Shown here: in pieces, positions 26,231 through 35,604 of the stretch | Layout: each line of letters opens with the position of its first letter | Position numbering within the stretch: position 1 is the stretch's first letter | IMG/VR virus record: IMGVR_UViG_3300030202_000332 | Location: 1-53,010 of that record | DNA: 53,010 nucleotides | Reading direction: 5' to 3' (one strand) | Source: a virus | Lineage: Duplodnaviria; Caudoviricetes | The notes under the pieces: model-generated | What the model was told of the DNA's origin: nothing | Databases searched by the model: none | What the model saw: the letters and a program-made list of their open reading frames with translations, nothing else | Program-made: the position numbers and the translations under genes

Positions 26231-26589
26231 TCTGTTCCTGATATTATTTGATCGTGTGGTATTCTGTAAGTTCCAAACTGTTCATCATAACCATCATTAA
26301 ACTTATCTCCCTCGATCTCTTTTTGGAGATGGGCAAGGCTGCGCCAAGCAATCTTTGCTGAGTGGCGTACCCCATCAATATCATACATACCATTTTCCAT
26401 TAAGTGTCGCATAAGTGCATCTAAGTCATCACTACTCTTTTCTCTGTCCCAATGTATATCTTCGTCTGGGTGATGTTGTTTACTTCCTATGTAGCTAACT
26501 CTTGCTACTTCGCATAAAGCGTCAGGAAAGTATTTTATTAGCCCTCTATACAAGGGTGTCTCTTTTCTCTTTTGTTTGTTCTTTTCCAT
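26227..26589 (-). CDS. DUF5664-like (dATP/dGTP diphosphohydrolase domain) protein
   Basis: AL.EVARV..G..H, DAL.RHL, H....AW motifs. Confidence 0.65.
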   Translation of the reverse strand: MEKNKQKRKETPLYRGLIKYFPDALCEVARVSYIGSKQHHPDEDIHWDREKSSDDLDALMRHLMENGMYDIDGVRHSAKIAWRSLAHLQKEIEGDKFNDGYDEQFGTYRIPHDQIISGTE

Positions 26590-26986
26590 CTATTTCTTTT
26601 AAGGGTAATGTATCAACTATCATCAAAAGTTTCTTTAAGTCCTTTGATTTTGTGTAGTCTACTATGTGGTTTATTAATGCTTTTCTTAATTTTGATTTGT
26701 TTCTTAGTCTAAGTAAGATAATATCAAAATACTTATCTAATAAAGGATTATATCTTCTATGCGTTTCAAACGCCTTTAAACTATATATAGCTGTGGAGTG
26801 ATCATAACTCTTTCCTTTAGATATATAAAAATCTTTTATTTCCATAAACTTCATTCTACAATGATGTCTTAACATAAACGTAAGTAAACTTCTTATCTCT
26901 ACAAATTCTCTTTTCCTAGAGTTTTTAAATACATCTATTCCTGATACATCTATTATATGTCTTGCTATTTTATTTGCCTCTTTCAT
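26546..26986 (-). CDS. DnaA C-terminal-like HTH DNA-binding protein
   Basis: SRKREFVEIR...DHSTAIY pattern. Confidence 0.6.
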   Translation of the reverse strand: MKEANKIARHIIDVSGIDVFKNSRKREFVEIRSLLTFMLRHHCRMKFMEIKDFYISKGKSYDHSTAIYSLKAFETHRRYNPLLDKYFDIILLRLRNKSKLRKALINHIVDYTKSKDLKKLLMIVDTLPLKEIDGKEQTKEKRDTLV

Positions 26987-27756
26987 AATGTTCCTTTTAT
27001 GCAGTAACTGTCTAAGTCTGCTCCGTTAATAAAAAATGTTTCAAATGTTTCTAATGCTCTGGTTACTTTTTCCTTTCCTGAATTATAAAACTCCTCACTC
27101 ACATCATATATGCCAATGTCTAGTGAGCCTTTGTCTATAGCTGCAAATTGAAACTGATCATATGTTTTGTTAAATAATTCACAATATAAATAGACTTGTA
27201 CATCATAACCGTACTTTTTTGCAGCATAGGGAAATGCTTTTAAATCGCTTGTTGTTTTTAAATCGCATAGTCTGTAAGAATCTAAGACATCTGCCTTGCC
27301 TCTAAACGGATAGCCTTGAATCATTCCTATTGCAGGGACTTCAAACTCGCAGTCAGTAATAAGTTTTAAAGCGTGTTCGTTTCTTAAAAACGCATCGGCT
27401 AATCTTTCTGCATCATTCTTTTGTTTCATTGTAAATACCTTTCCGTGTTCTTCTTTGGCTAACTTATAAGCCTTAGTGTTCTTAGATTGTACATCTACAA
27501 AGATTTGCTCCTGAAAAATATTAGGCTCAAGAATACAGGTATGAAAAAGCCAACCTGCATCTAAAGCATTTGATTCTTGTGATCCGTATTCCGTGACGTA
27601 TTTGTATTTCTTAGGACTATCTAAGAGTAGTTTGATTGATGAGGAGCTTAATGCTGCTTTGCCTAAGTATCCATAATAGAACTCATCATCTTTCATAAGT
27701 TCTAATATCTCATCGTGTTTAAATATTTCTCCGTTTAAGAGTTCAATAGTATCCAT
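26983..27756 (-). CDS. RecE/exonuclease VIII-like PD-(D/E)XK nuclease (DUF3799-like)
   Basis: LSSSSIKLL, G..FH..ILEP, GKAD..DLKTT, YGYDVQ..Y. Confidence 0.8.
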   Translation of the reverse strand: MDTIELLNGEIFKHDEILELMKDDEFYYGYLGKAALSSSSIKLLLDSPKKYKYVTEYGSQESNALDAGWLFHTCILEPNIFQEQIFVDVQSKNTKAYKLAKEEHGKVFTMKQKNDAERLADAFLRNEHALKLITDCEFEVPAIGMIQGYPFRGKADVLDSYRLCDLKTTSDLKAFPYAAKKYGYDVQVYLYCELFNKTYDQFQFAAIDKGSLDIGIYDVSEEFYNSGKEKVTRALETFETFFINGADLDSYCIKGTL

Positions 27757-27824
27757 AGTAAAGTAAGTATTATGCCTAAGTAACTAAAGGCTACGGCTTT
27801 GATTTTGTTTTCGTATTTTTTCAA
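27735..27824 (-). CDS. 29-aa membrane peptide (TTG start)
   Basis: Translated by eye; fills the gap with overlapping start/stop. Confidence 0.45.
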   Translation of the reverse strand: MKKYENKIKAVAFSYLGIILTLLWILLNS

Positions 27825-28078
27825 TTTGTTTTTATGTTAGTTTCTTCATTAGTGCTAAGATATACTCTTGAGTATTTTGGTGTTCTGTCGTATCTTGCTC
27901 TTTTAGATTCTTCCCCTACACTTGCTCTTGATCTTGCCTTATCTATATTACCACTGTGTATTAGCTGATTTTCTAAATCTATAATCTTATAGCGGTGCTT
28001 AACAAGTAGCCTCATAGCTTTATGAATTTTTTCTACTTCTTCTCTATAGGTGTCAAATATTTCGTTATAAATTGGCAT
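27821..28078 (-). CDS. Hypothetical protein (85 aa)
   Basis: ORF; partial copy at 1..200. Confidence 0.75.
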   Translation of the reverse strand: MPIYNEIFDTYREEVEKIHKAMRLLVKHRYKIIDLENQLIHSGNIDKARSRASVGEESKRARYDRTPKYSRVYLSTNEETNIKTN

Positions 28079-28358
28079 ATTTTTTTAGTTTAAGTTTAAG
28101 TTTTTCGTTTTCTGCTTCTGCCTTTCTTGCTCTCTCTATAGCTCTGTTTTTTGATAGCCTGTATTCTGACAAAGCTTTTTTATAAAGTCTCTTATTGTTT
28201 AAATTTTCTTGAAAATAAAAAGTAAGTCTAGAAATAGCATCAGCCATCTCCTCTATGTTGCTTGTTTTTTTCTTATTGTATTGTTTTAGGATAATTCCAG
28301 ACAAAAGGCTAATGTCTCCCCAAATCTCCATCTCTTTTAAATTGTCTATCTTTCTCAA
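28065..28358 (-). CDS. Hypothetical coiled-coil protein
   Basis: Homolog of 187..480. Confidence 0.8.
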   Translation of the reverse strand: MRKIDNLKEMEIWGDISLLSGIILKQYNKKKTSNIEEMADAISRLTFYFQENLNNKRLYKKALSEYRLSKNRAIERARKAEAENEKLKLKLKKYANL

Positions 28359-28462
28359 AATAATAGATCAATTAAAGATTCTAAAGATAAAAGTAACACA
28401 CTACACATAAATAATAATAATGTAAATAGTGCTATAGAAAAATAGTATTTTAGTTTTTTCAT
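28355..28462 (-). CDS. Small membrane peptide (35 aa)
   Basis: Homolog of 477..584. Confidence 0.7.
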   Translation of the reverse strand: MKKLKYYFSIALFTLLLFMCSVLLLSLESLIDLLF

Positions 28463-28465
28463 TGT

Positions 28466-28612
28466 TTATTTGTTATATTCTTTATATAGTTCCTCAGCGT
28501 AATTATACGCTTCTCGAGCAGAGCTTTGTATTTTTAAATCTTTAGTATTGCGTATAATAAATTTAAGCAATCCTTGTACTTTGCCGAATTTTGCTGCTTG
28601 ATTTGCATTCAT
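28466..28612 (-). CDS. Small hypothetical protein (48 aa)
   Basis: Homolog of 581..727. Confidence 0.7.
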   Translation of the reverse strand: MNANQAAKFGKVQGLLKFIIRNTKDLKIQSSAREAYNYAEELYKEYNK

Positions 28613-28629
28613 AATTGTATAATTTTAAG

Positions 28630-28660
28630 CTAATATACAAAAAAGAATAATATAAACAAA
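28630..28660 (-). promoter_or_regulatory. Bacteroidota-type early promoter
   Basis: TTTG-N19-TATATTAG. Confidence 0.7.
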
Positions 28661-28666
28661 TGTTAA

Positions 28667-28807
28667 TTACTTATTTTTAAATTGTGTAGAACAAACTGCA
28701 ATTCTTTGATTTGCGTCTTTGTATTCTGAAATCATTACATTGTTATTCATACATCTTTGCATAAAGTCTTTTCTTGATTCGTTTACTTTTGGTTTAGGTA
28801 GTGGCAT
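28667..28807 (-). CDS. Small phage peptide (46 aa, MPLPKP...)
   Basis: Homolog of 792..932. Confidence 0.75.
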   Translation of the reverse strand: MPLPKPKVNESRKDFMQRCMNNNVMISEYKDANQRIAVCSTQFKNK

Positions 28808-29210
28808 AATTAATATGTATTTTGTGAGCATCTTTCTCGTCCAGTAGATAACACTCTTTATTATTTCGTTTCTTAGTCCAAAGAGTAGTATCTGGACAAT
28901 ACAGCTCTACTGTTTCTTGTTTTACTAAATCATTTAACCAAAAAATATAATGTCCTTTAGGATCAGATACAAAGTATAAAGCATCTGTTTCCTCAGCTAA
29001 AAGTTTATCAAACTTATATTTCTCAATCATTTTCTTTTCATAGTATTTTTTTCGATGTTTAATTTCCAGTATAACCTCTTTACCTTTTGGAGATACACCT
29101 ATTGCGTCAAAGTGTTCAAAGCCTCCTCCACACCATTCAAGCTCCCAACCCTCATTGTTTAATAAAGAAACTATTGTTTGTTCAAACAGATGAACTTTAC
29201 TTAGACTCAT
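28794..29210 (-). CDS. PD-(D/E)XK-like nuclease
   Basis: Homolog of 919..1344. Confidence 0.55.
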   Translation of the reverse strand: MSLSKVHLFEQTIVSLLNNEGWELEWCGGGFEHFDAIGVSPKGKEVILEIKHRKKYYEKKMIEKYKFDKLLAEETDALYFVSDPKGHYIFWLNDLVKQETVELYCPDTTLWTKKRNNKECYLLDEKDAHKIHINYATT

Positions 29211-29397
29211 ATTTTTTATTTATTTGTTCTATCCAAGATTTATAAATTCTACCATTGCAGGTGCAAGGCTCTGAATACTTAACATTATAAAGCTCTGAGT
29301 ATAATCTTGCTACTAGCTTTATTTCTGTTCTATTAAGTTCACTTTGATTTTTTCTATTAAGAAACTTCTTCCATTCTTTTCTGTCTTTTTCTACCAT
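29197..29397 (-). CDS. Hypothetical CxC protein (start corrected to MVEKDR)
   Basis: Homolog of 1322..1522. Confidence 0.75.
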   Translation of the reverse strand: MVEKDRKEWKKFLNRKNQSELNRTEIKLVARLYSELYNVKYSEPCTCNGRIYKSWIEQINKKYESK

Positions 29398-29522
29398 AGC
29401 TTTACTTTGTTTGCTTTGTCTTTTCGTTTGTCGCATCCACAATCATCACCCCATATTTTTTTCACAATCCACCTAATGCCTGTGATTTTTGTAATCTTTT
29501 CTATTAAATCTCCTAATCTCAT
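29391..29522 (-). CDS. Small DCGC-motif protein (43 aa)
   Basis: Homolog of 1516..1647. Confidence 0.75.
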   Translation of the reverse strand: MRLGDLIEKITKITGIRWIVKKIWGDDCGCDKRKDKANKVKLW

Positions 29523-29956
29523 TATGAATGTATTTTATCTTTGTATTTAAATAATAAATTATTTTTAATCAAATATGCTTTTTTAGTTTTAGTATCTCCT
29601 TTACAAACAAACTTATATTCTTTTAATAAATTTTCTTTAACACATTTTTGCAAGTTCTTAGTTAAAAACCAATTATAATGCCTTCCATCATATATAACCC
29701 AGTATTTAGCTTTTGTTGTACTTATGCCTGAAGGTTTGTCATTTGATTCTGTTTCTATTATAATGTTGCCTGTTTGTTTTGATCTTTCATCAAACTTAAC
29801 TTCTATGCCAAAATTTAACTCTGGGATATAAATATCATACTCTTTAAAATAACCGTCCACAATATATGCCTGTTTATATTTCTTTTGTATTTTATTTAAA
29901 AGATATATTTCGTGATATTTACCTCTTTCTAAATCTCTTTTAAAGTCCTCTACCAT
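29522..29956 (-). CDS. PD-(D/E)XK-type nuclease-like protein
   Basis: Homolog of 1644..2078. Confidence 0.6.
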   Translation of the reverse strand: MVEDFKRDLERGKYHEIYLLNKIQKKYKQAYIVDGYFKEYDIYIPELNFGIEVKFDERSKQTGNIIIETESNDKPSGISTTKAKYWVIYDGRHYNWFLTKNLQKCVKENLLKEYKFVCKGDTKTKKAYLIKNNLLFKYKDKIHS

Positions 29957-30441
29957 TCTATATTTTTTCTAATTAGCATCTTAGTATTTTTATAAGTGTT
30001 GTACAGACTATAATAACTAATGCCTGACTGTCTAGATAATTCTTTTATTGACATTCCTCCAGAAATTAAATCGAAGACTTTCTGATCATACCAAAACATT
30101 TTATCTAATAGGGTGTTTAGTTCTATCATTTTTCCTGTTATGTCTTTATGATTTGTTTCTTGCTCTGGTTGTATGTATTTTTCTAAATGATCTACATTGA
30201 CTTTTTGAATCTTAGATTCCTTTCTGCATAAGTCTAAAAACAAACTTTTAAGACATTTGTACATATAGAAATAATTAATATCGTCTTCATAATTTATATT
30301 AAGTCCTCTATTGATTAAAGTATGTATTTTTATATAAGACTCCTGAACAATGTCTTCACATAAGCTGCCATTGCAACCAAATGATTTTACCACTCGAATC
30401 CAAGTTTCGTGCTTACTAGCTAATTTCTCAAGAGTTGTCAA
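29950..30441 (-). CDS. ECF-like RNA polymerase sigma factor
   Basis: EDIVQESYIKI; C-terminal HTH. Confidence 0.75.
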   Translation of the reverse strand: MTTLEKLASKHETWIRVVKSFGCNGSLCEDIVQESYIKIHTLINRGLNINYEDDINYFYMYKCLKSLFLDLCRKESKIQKVNVDHLEKYIQPEQETNHKDITGKMIELNTLLDKMFWYDQKVFDLISGGMSIKELSRQSGISYYSLYNTYKNTKMLIRKNIEW

Positions 30442-31336
30442 TCTTTAATTGTTTTTTAGTTCTATACTTAATTAAATTTTTACCACCTATTTCAAATCCT
30501 ACATTGTTTAATATTGATTTAAACATTATTGGTGATTCGTGGCTTGTTGGTTTATATCCTAATGACATTTCTTTAACTTTAGCTACATACATTCTCGTAT
30601 ACATCCAAGAATCTGGACTTGCGATCATTCTATGAATAATTAAAAAGTCATCACACCTATTACCATTGACAGCACCACCCTCAGCATCTCCAATAGTAGG
30701 AGGCATTATCTGCCCAGCAAATTCGTGATTAGCACTATATCTAGTTCTTAATGCGTTTGTAACTGCGTGGCAACATATCCAAGTTGATACATTATATTTT
30801 TTACAGAAAAGCCTTATCTCGGTTAAGCATTCATAGCTGTATTCATAACCGTTTGTATTTCTTAAATCTTTTCTTAGTGAGTTTATAGGATCAATTAATA
30901 ATCCGTCATAATCCCAAGCATCCTTAACTTTTTCAGCTAAGTCTAATAATTCTTTGTAAGTGTATTGTCGATTGATGTCAACAAACTTAAAATGATTATA
31001 TATTAACTCTTTTGATTTCTCGTAATCTTTTTCTTCTATTTTGTTTATTGGTTTGCCCTCTAAGAATTCAATTAATTTTTTTATGAGTTGTACTGGATCG
31101 TTTTCAGAACTAAATACTAACCACCTAATGTTATGCTTAATTGTATATAGTAACATTAAATAAAATGTGAAGTGTGTCTTTCCGACATTGTTATGTCCCA
31201 GAATAAAATTCATATTTCCAGCAACAAAGCGGAATGAAGCGTCTAGCTCTTTATTACCTAGCTTTAATGCCTCTTTGACTTTACCATTACGAAAGTCGTT
31301 TAATTTGTCTATATGTTCATCGTAGTTTATTAGCAT
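30428..31336 (-). CDS. DnaB/SF4-like helicase
   Basis: Walker A GHNNVGKT. Confidence 0.75.
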   Translation of the reverse strand: MLINYDEHIDKLNDFRNGKVKEALKLGNKELDASFRFVAGNMNFILGHNNVGKTHFTFYLMLLYTIKHNIRWLVFSSENDPVQLIKKLIEFLEGKPINKIEEKDYEKSKELIYNHFKFVDINRQYTYKELLDLAEKVKDAWDYDGLLIDPINSLRKDLRNTNGYEYSYECLTEIRLFCKKYNVSTWICCHAVTNALRTRYSANHEFAGQIMPPTIGDAEGGAVNGNRCDDFLIIHRMIASPDSWMYTRMYVAKVKEMSLGYKPTSHESPIMFKSILNNVGFEIGGKNLIKYRTKKQLKIDNS

Positions 31337-31377
31337 AAAAAAAGGGGGTAGTTAGCCCCCTATATTTAAATAGTTAA

Positions 31378-31716
31378 TTAGAATGGTAAGTCATCTCTGT
31401 CTGGAGACTGAGCATCTACCGCTACTTCCTCTCTGTACTCTCTTACTCTCCATCCTTGTAAACTAGTAAACCAAAGTGTTTTACCCTCTCTGTTTTCCCA
31501 AGCTCTACCTCTTACATTGTAAAAGACTTCTACGCTGTTACCTACTTTGCAAACAGAGTCATCTAATAATCCAACATTGTTCTGTGTGAAATCTAAAGCT
31601 ACAACTTGAGGATATTTCTCAAATGTTTCTATTACTAGTTTTCTAACTCTAAAATTTCCTTTTTCTTCTATTTCTGTTATTTGTTTTACTTTTCCTTTAA
31701 TTGACATTTGACTCAT
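31378..31716 (-). CDS. DUF3127-family SSB
   Basis: Homolog of 3500..3841; DDLPF tail. Confidence 0.8.
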   Translation of the reverse strand: MSQMSIKGKVKQITEIEEKGNFRVRKLVIETFEKYPQVVALDFTQNNVGLLDDSVCKVGNSVEVFYNVRGRAWENREGKTLWFTSLQGWRVREYREEVAVDAQSPDRDDLPF

Positions 31717-31719
31717 TTT

Positions 31720-32076
31720 TTATTTGTTTATAAAATCTATTAATATTTGACTATCCGCTAAAACTGTGTGGATGTCTGATTGTGGACGACTGCTGTGAAA
31801 TTCACAAGCTGCCTTTACCATTGATTGACGAATAATAAGTTGATCTTTACTATTGTTGTTTACTGTAGGCTGAGGGTTATACTCTAACTTGGCTGTTTTG
31901 TATTCAGAATTGGTAATAGTATATAAAACCTCATCTCCGACAGACTTCTTAAAATCTCCTTTGGCCAAGAACTGAAATTCTTTACCGTCATCAAACCTGA
32001 CTTGATACTTGTTAAATACTCCTGAAGCGTTTGTATATTCGCCTCTAGGAACTATGTGGGTTATTTTTCCTTTCAT
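31720..32076 (-). CDS. Hypothetical OB-fold-like protein
   Basis: Homolog of 3845..4198. Confidence 0.55.
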   Translation of the reverse strand: MKGKITHIVPRGEYTNASGVFNKYQVRFDDGKEFQFLAKGDFKKSVGDEVLYTITNSEYKTAKLEYNPQPTVNNNSKDQLIIRQSMVKAACEFHSSRPQSDIHTVLADSQILIDFINK

Positions 32077-32170
32077 AATTTAATTGTTGTGTTAATTGAT
32101 TAATTTTTGATTCCATAGCTTGTAATCTTCTATAATACAATTCTATAAGTTCATCTTTTGGTGTTTCCAT
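32045..32170 (-). CDS. Small coiled-coil protein (41 aa)
   Basis: Counterpart of 4167..4292. Confidence 0.55.
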   Translation of the reverse strand: METPKDELIELYYRRLQAMESKINQLTQQLNYERKNNPHSS

Positions 32171-32288
32171 AAGTTTTGTTTTCCTAAAGTTATAAAAAAA
32201 TATTTAATATAAACTAATGTTAATAAAAAAAATATAAAAAAAAAGAGCCTTACCGAAGTAAAGCCCTCTAAAAACAAAGGAAAAAAAA

Positions 32289-32684
32289 TTATAACAAACT
32301 TACTTTTTCTTTATACTGTTCAATCAAATCTAATAAATCTTGATCAGATTGTTTAATTATTTTTTTACTTTCTATTAACAATTCCTCAGCTATGTTATAG
32401 CCATATTCTTTATTAAGATTCATAGCAAAAATATACTGTCTGCCATAAAAATGGCAATTACAACTATAACACTGGCTTCTGCAATTCCGTTCATCCCATC
32501 TAAGTATTCTCGATTTCCTAGAAATAAAATGTCCGTTTTGCATCCCCTCACCCTTCCAATATGCTTTTTTGTTACAAGTATAGCATTTAACAAAGCCGTT
32601 TTTGTCTGCGTATTTACGCCTTATATATTCACTAAATATTGCGTCTAGTTTTTTGACAAGAGTTTTTCTTTTTACTTTTCTCAA
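32289..32684 (-). CDS. NinG/Rap-like endonuclease
   Basis: Homolog of 4390..4788. Confidence 0.8.
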   Translation of the reverse strand: MRKVKRKTLVKKLDAIFSEYIRRKYADKNGFVKCYTCNKKAYWKGEGMQNGHFISRKSRILRWDERNCRSQCYSCNCHFYGRQYIFAMNLNKEYGYNIAEELLIESKKIIKQSDQDLLDLIEQYKEKVSLL

Positions 32685-32799
32685 AGTTTTATTTTTAAGT
32701 TACAAAATTTTAATATAACTTTGCTATATATATAAATAATATATACACTTCCATTAAACAACCTATCCTGTGAATCATATATATGAATTATATATAGGG

Positions 32800-33249
32800 C
32801 TATTTTTTAAATAAACTTGTAGCTTTTTCTGTCGTCCTGCCACCAAAATAGGCTAAAACAGTAGCCATCATAACTTTTTCAAAAGTGTCATTCCAAGTTT
32901 CGTTAATGTGAAAAGGTATAGTTTCTACGCTATCTAAAATACCTGCAAAAGAAAATATAATAATACACCACACCAATACTAAAGGGCGTACATTTTTACT
33001 TAACCAAGAATCAGACATACTATCAGCTTTCCATCTTGAAGTTATAGACTCTATCTCTTTATTTTGTTGATCGTAAATAAGCTGTTGTAACTTGATTTTA
33101 TCCTCTTGAGATGCATCAGCCTTAGTTATCTCTGCAATCGCTTCCTGTGGGCTTGTAACACCCTTTAGAACGTTTCCTAGCGTAGGGTTTATCATACTTG
33201 CAGCTCCAAGCAATACCTGTCCTACTTTTGTATCTTTAAATTTAGTCAT
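32800..33249 (-). CDS. Putative holin (3TM-like), divergent allele
   Basis: RWKAD..SDSWLSKNVRP, AYFGGRT.EK. Confidence 0.7.
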   Translation of the reverse strand: MTKFKDTKVGQVLLGAASMINPTLGNVLKGVTSPQEAIAEITKADASQEDKIKLQQLIYDQQNKEIESITSRWKADSMSDSWLSKNVRPLVLVWCIIIFSFAGILDSVETIPFHINETWNDTFEKVMMATVLAYFGGRTTEKATSLFKK

Positions 33250-33388
33250 AATAAAATCTCCATTTAAGTTGAACGATTAATAAATAAATGTTTAGTTCTT
33301 CGTAGTTGAACTCTTGTGGCTCAGCAGGAAAATAATTAAATCCTATATTGATTCCGTTTGGTAATAAAAGTATAATTGAAAAGTCCAT
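33242..33388 (-). CDS. Conserved 48-aa hydrophobic peptide
   Basis: Homolog of 5342..5488. Confidence 0.8.
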   Translation of the reverse strand: MDFSIILLLPNGINIGFNYFPAEPQEFNYEELNIYLLIVQLKWRFYYD

Positions 33389-33847
33389 TTAGTATATTTC
33401 GTATCTTGTTTTTCCGTTTTCTCTTATTGCTCTTAAAACTCTGTTTCTGTTTTCTTTTTTACTTACATAAGAAACGTGTACCCAGTTAGGATTGTCATTA
33501 CTACCAAATTCCCAAATTAACTGATCAAAGTCTAAATTTTCTCTAATATATTCAAACATCTCTGCATTTGTTTTGTGTCCAAATACATCATCAATATCTA
33601 TTGCTTGCCCTTTACAATGTTGGCTTTTACCACTACCACCTACTGCTTTATTAACTTCTTTACTACGATAGAAAGAATTAATCTTTATAGCACCCCCTAC
33701 AAACAATCTAAGAGGCTCAAATATAAATTCGGCTACATTGTTCATTGCATATAATTGCTCTTCGTTAGGAGTGTTATTTAAATGTAAGCGTTTAGCAGTT
33801 GCGCTATATACACCCTCATTATAAGAAATATGTTTACTTATTCGCAT
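33389..33847 (-). CDS. Endolysin, peptidase M15 family (different lineage from A)
   Basis: INSFYR, SQHCKGQAID, FDQLIWEF, WVHVSY. Confidence 0.85.
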   Translation of the reverse strand: MRISKHISYNEGVYSATAKRLHLNNTPNEEQLYAMNNVAEFIFEPLRLFVGGAIKINSFYRSKEVNKAVGGSGKSQHCKGQAIDIDDVFGHKTNAEMFEYIRENLDFDQLIWEFGSNDNPNWVHVSYVSKKENRNRVLRAIRENGKTRYEIY

Positions 33848-33935
33848 TTTTCTTTCTTGGTTTTCTTTTTTTCTTTGGCTTGCTTCTTAGCTTGCTCCAA
33901 CAATTCTTAAAATAATCTTTTATTTTTTGTATCAT
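33834..33935 (-). CDS. 33-aa highly cationic peptide (unit B only)
   Basis: MIQKIKDYFKNCWSKLRSKPKKKRKPRKKNANK; ATGA overlap with upstream gene. Confidence 0.55.
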   Translation of the reverse strand: MIQKIKDYFKNCWSKLRSKPKKKRKPRKKNANK

Positions 33936-35275
33936 AATCTAAAATTTATACCTGCTGAGGTGTTAAATATTTCACTATCCCAGAACTTTGTATATTCCCC
34001 CTCAACAAAAAAACCTAAAGTTCTACTTAATTTCCAACCCATAATAAATCCTGCTTGATAATCGCTCCATTGCTCTGGCGATGAATCTTCTTTTAATCCA
34101 CCTAATCCCCAATTATTACGATTTAAATAGTTAAAGTCTGAATCTCCTTTAAAATATGTATGATAAGGTAAAATCCAATTTACATAAGAGTGCAACCAAA
34201 ATTTATTTCCTTTTTGATGGTAAAAATCAAATCCGACAATAGGAGCATACTCTGCATAAGGATCAAGCGTATCCCATATTTCATTATTATATCTATTCAT
34301 CAATCCACCAAATATTTCATCTCTAAATTGTAAATCTGTATAAGCAACGGTTTCACCTTGAGGATTAATCCAATACCAGTCAGACATTTCATTTCCGTTT
34401 TGATCAGTAGAAGTGTAGTATATATCATCATAACCATACATAAAACCTAAGCTATACCAAGGATTTACAGGATACTCAAAAACATTACCCTGAGAGTCTG
34501 TATATGAATCAGTTTCATTTAACCAAATTTCAATAGGATTATAACCATACGCTTTTTGATGAGTTCTTGCAATAATTCCCCCAGAGATACTAAACTTTTT
34601 ACCAATAGGTAATCGTAACCTTGCCTCTGCTGACTGATATTTGAAACCTACGTTTCCCTGTTCTCTTTGTTCTAATTTTAAAATGTGGTTTTTTCCTGTA
34701 TGTCTTATAAAATATCTAGAGTTTGTAAATGTTTCTCCTCTACGTCTTTCTTTTTCAAAGTGTAATAAATACTCAAATCCTTTAACTGCGGCAGTTGGAG
34801 CTGATAATGATTTATTATTTTCTGTTCCGTCATAATAATGCTTGGCTTTTATTTCATAATCGAATCTTGCTAGTTTTCTAAAACCAAAACCTATTCTATA
34901 ATCAAAAGGGTGATATATTGTTTGATCTATTACTTGAGGTACGTCATAAAGGTTTTCTGGATTTGTTCTTACAAAGTAATCTTTTCTTTGTTGTTCGTAA
35001 GAGTTACTAGCATCTCCTGCTAGATATAAAGTTCCATATTTAAAAAACTCTTTATATATATTATTAAAGAATGTTCTCTTTTTTTTTAATCTCTCTTGTG
35101 TTATTACTTGTGCAGATGCTCCAACAAATACAAACATAAAAAGTAAAGCAATAAGTTTTTTTTGTTTTTTGATAAGTTTAAAAGTAAAATACAAAACACT
35201 TAAAATAAATGCTATGTGAATTAAATTTAAATGACTTTCTCCGCATATTCCTAAGATGTGCTTTATTGTTTCCAT
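33932..35275 (-). CDS. Predicted outer-membrane beta-barrel protein with fused N-terminal peptide module
   Basis: Internal signal peptide ASA|Q; shares RKLA.F.YE, FYDG, RL.LPIGKK.S.S with A; C-terminal SAGINFRL. Confidence 0.65.
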   Translation of the reverse strand: METIKHILGICGESHLNLIHIAFILSVLYFTFKLIKKQKKLIALLFMFVFVGASAQVITQERLKKKRTFFNNIYKEFFKYGTLYLAGDASNSYEQQRKDYFVRTNPENLYDVPQVIDQTIYHPFDYRIGFGFRKLARFDYEIKAKHYYDGTENNKSLSAPTAAVKGFEYLLHFEKERRRGETFTNSRYFIRHTGKNHILKLEQREQGNVGFKYQSAEARLRLPIGKKFSISGGIIARTHQKAYGYNPIEIWLNETDSYTDSQGNVFEYPVNPWYSLGFMYGYDDIYYTSTDQNGNEMSDWYWINPQGETVAYTDLQFRDEIFGGLMNRYNNEIWDTLDPYAEYAPIVGFDFYHQKGNKFWLHSYVNWILPYHTYFKGDSDFNYLNRNNWGLGGLKEDSSPEQWSDYQAGFIMGWKLSRTLGFFVEGEYTKFWDSEIFNTSAGINFRL

Positions 35276-35277
35276 AA

Positions 35278-35604
35278 TTAAAATTTGCTTTCTATTATTT
35301 CTTCTATTTGTTCTTGTATTAGTTGTATCGTGTTTTCTGGTAGTTTAAGAGATATGCCAGACTCCAATCTAAATACTTCTTCCCCATTATTAAAAAGAAT
35401 AATTGTAGGAATATATTCAACTTTATTTTGGGCAAAGAGCTTGCTTGCTTTAGACATATACAAAGTGTTTGTATCATAGCTTCTAAAACTGTTTAATGAT
35501 ATTTCGTTGTCTTTTACAAACTCTGCACTATATTGAATAACTTCAATTTGAGCAGAACTAGCAACCCATACAAAAAGGGCAATTACCGTTACATTCCATT
35601 TCAT
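35278..35604 (-). CDS. Exported CXXC-less thioredoxin-fold protein
   Basis: SSA|Q signal; VEYIPTIILFNNGEE. Confidence 0.6.
   Translation of the reverse strand: MKWNVTVIALFVWVASSAQIEVIQYSAEFVKDNEISLNSFRSYDTNTLYMSKASKLFAQNKVEYIPTIILFNNGEEVFRLESGISLKLPENTIQLIQEQIEEIIESKF

Larger units (their letters stand above)
1..27878 (-). mobile_element. Phage genome unit A (siphovirus-like, likely Flavobacteriia host), circularly permuted, ~27.9 kb
   Basis: Complete set of terminase, portal, capsid, tail, lysis and replication genes on the minus strand; base 1 sequence recurs at 27879. Confidence 0.9.

Noticed and set aside
26227-26589. DUF5664 as evidence of a Z-genome (diaminopurine) pathway
   Set aside because: No PurZ, DatZ or phage DNA polymerase is present.
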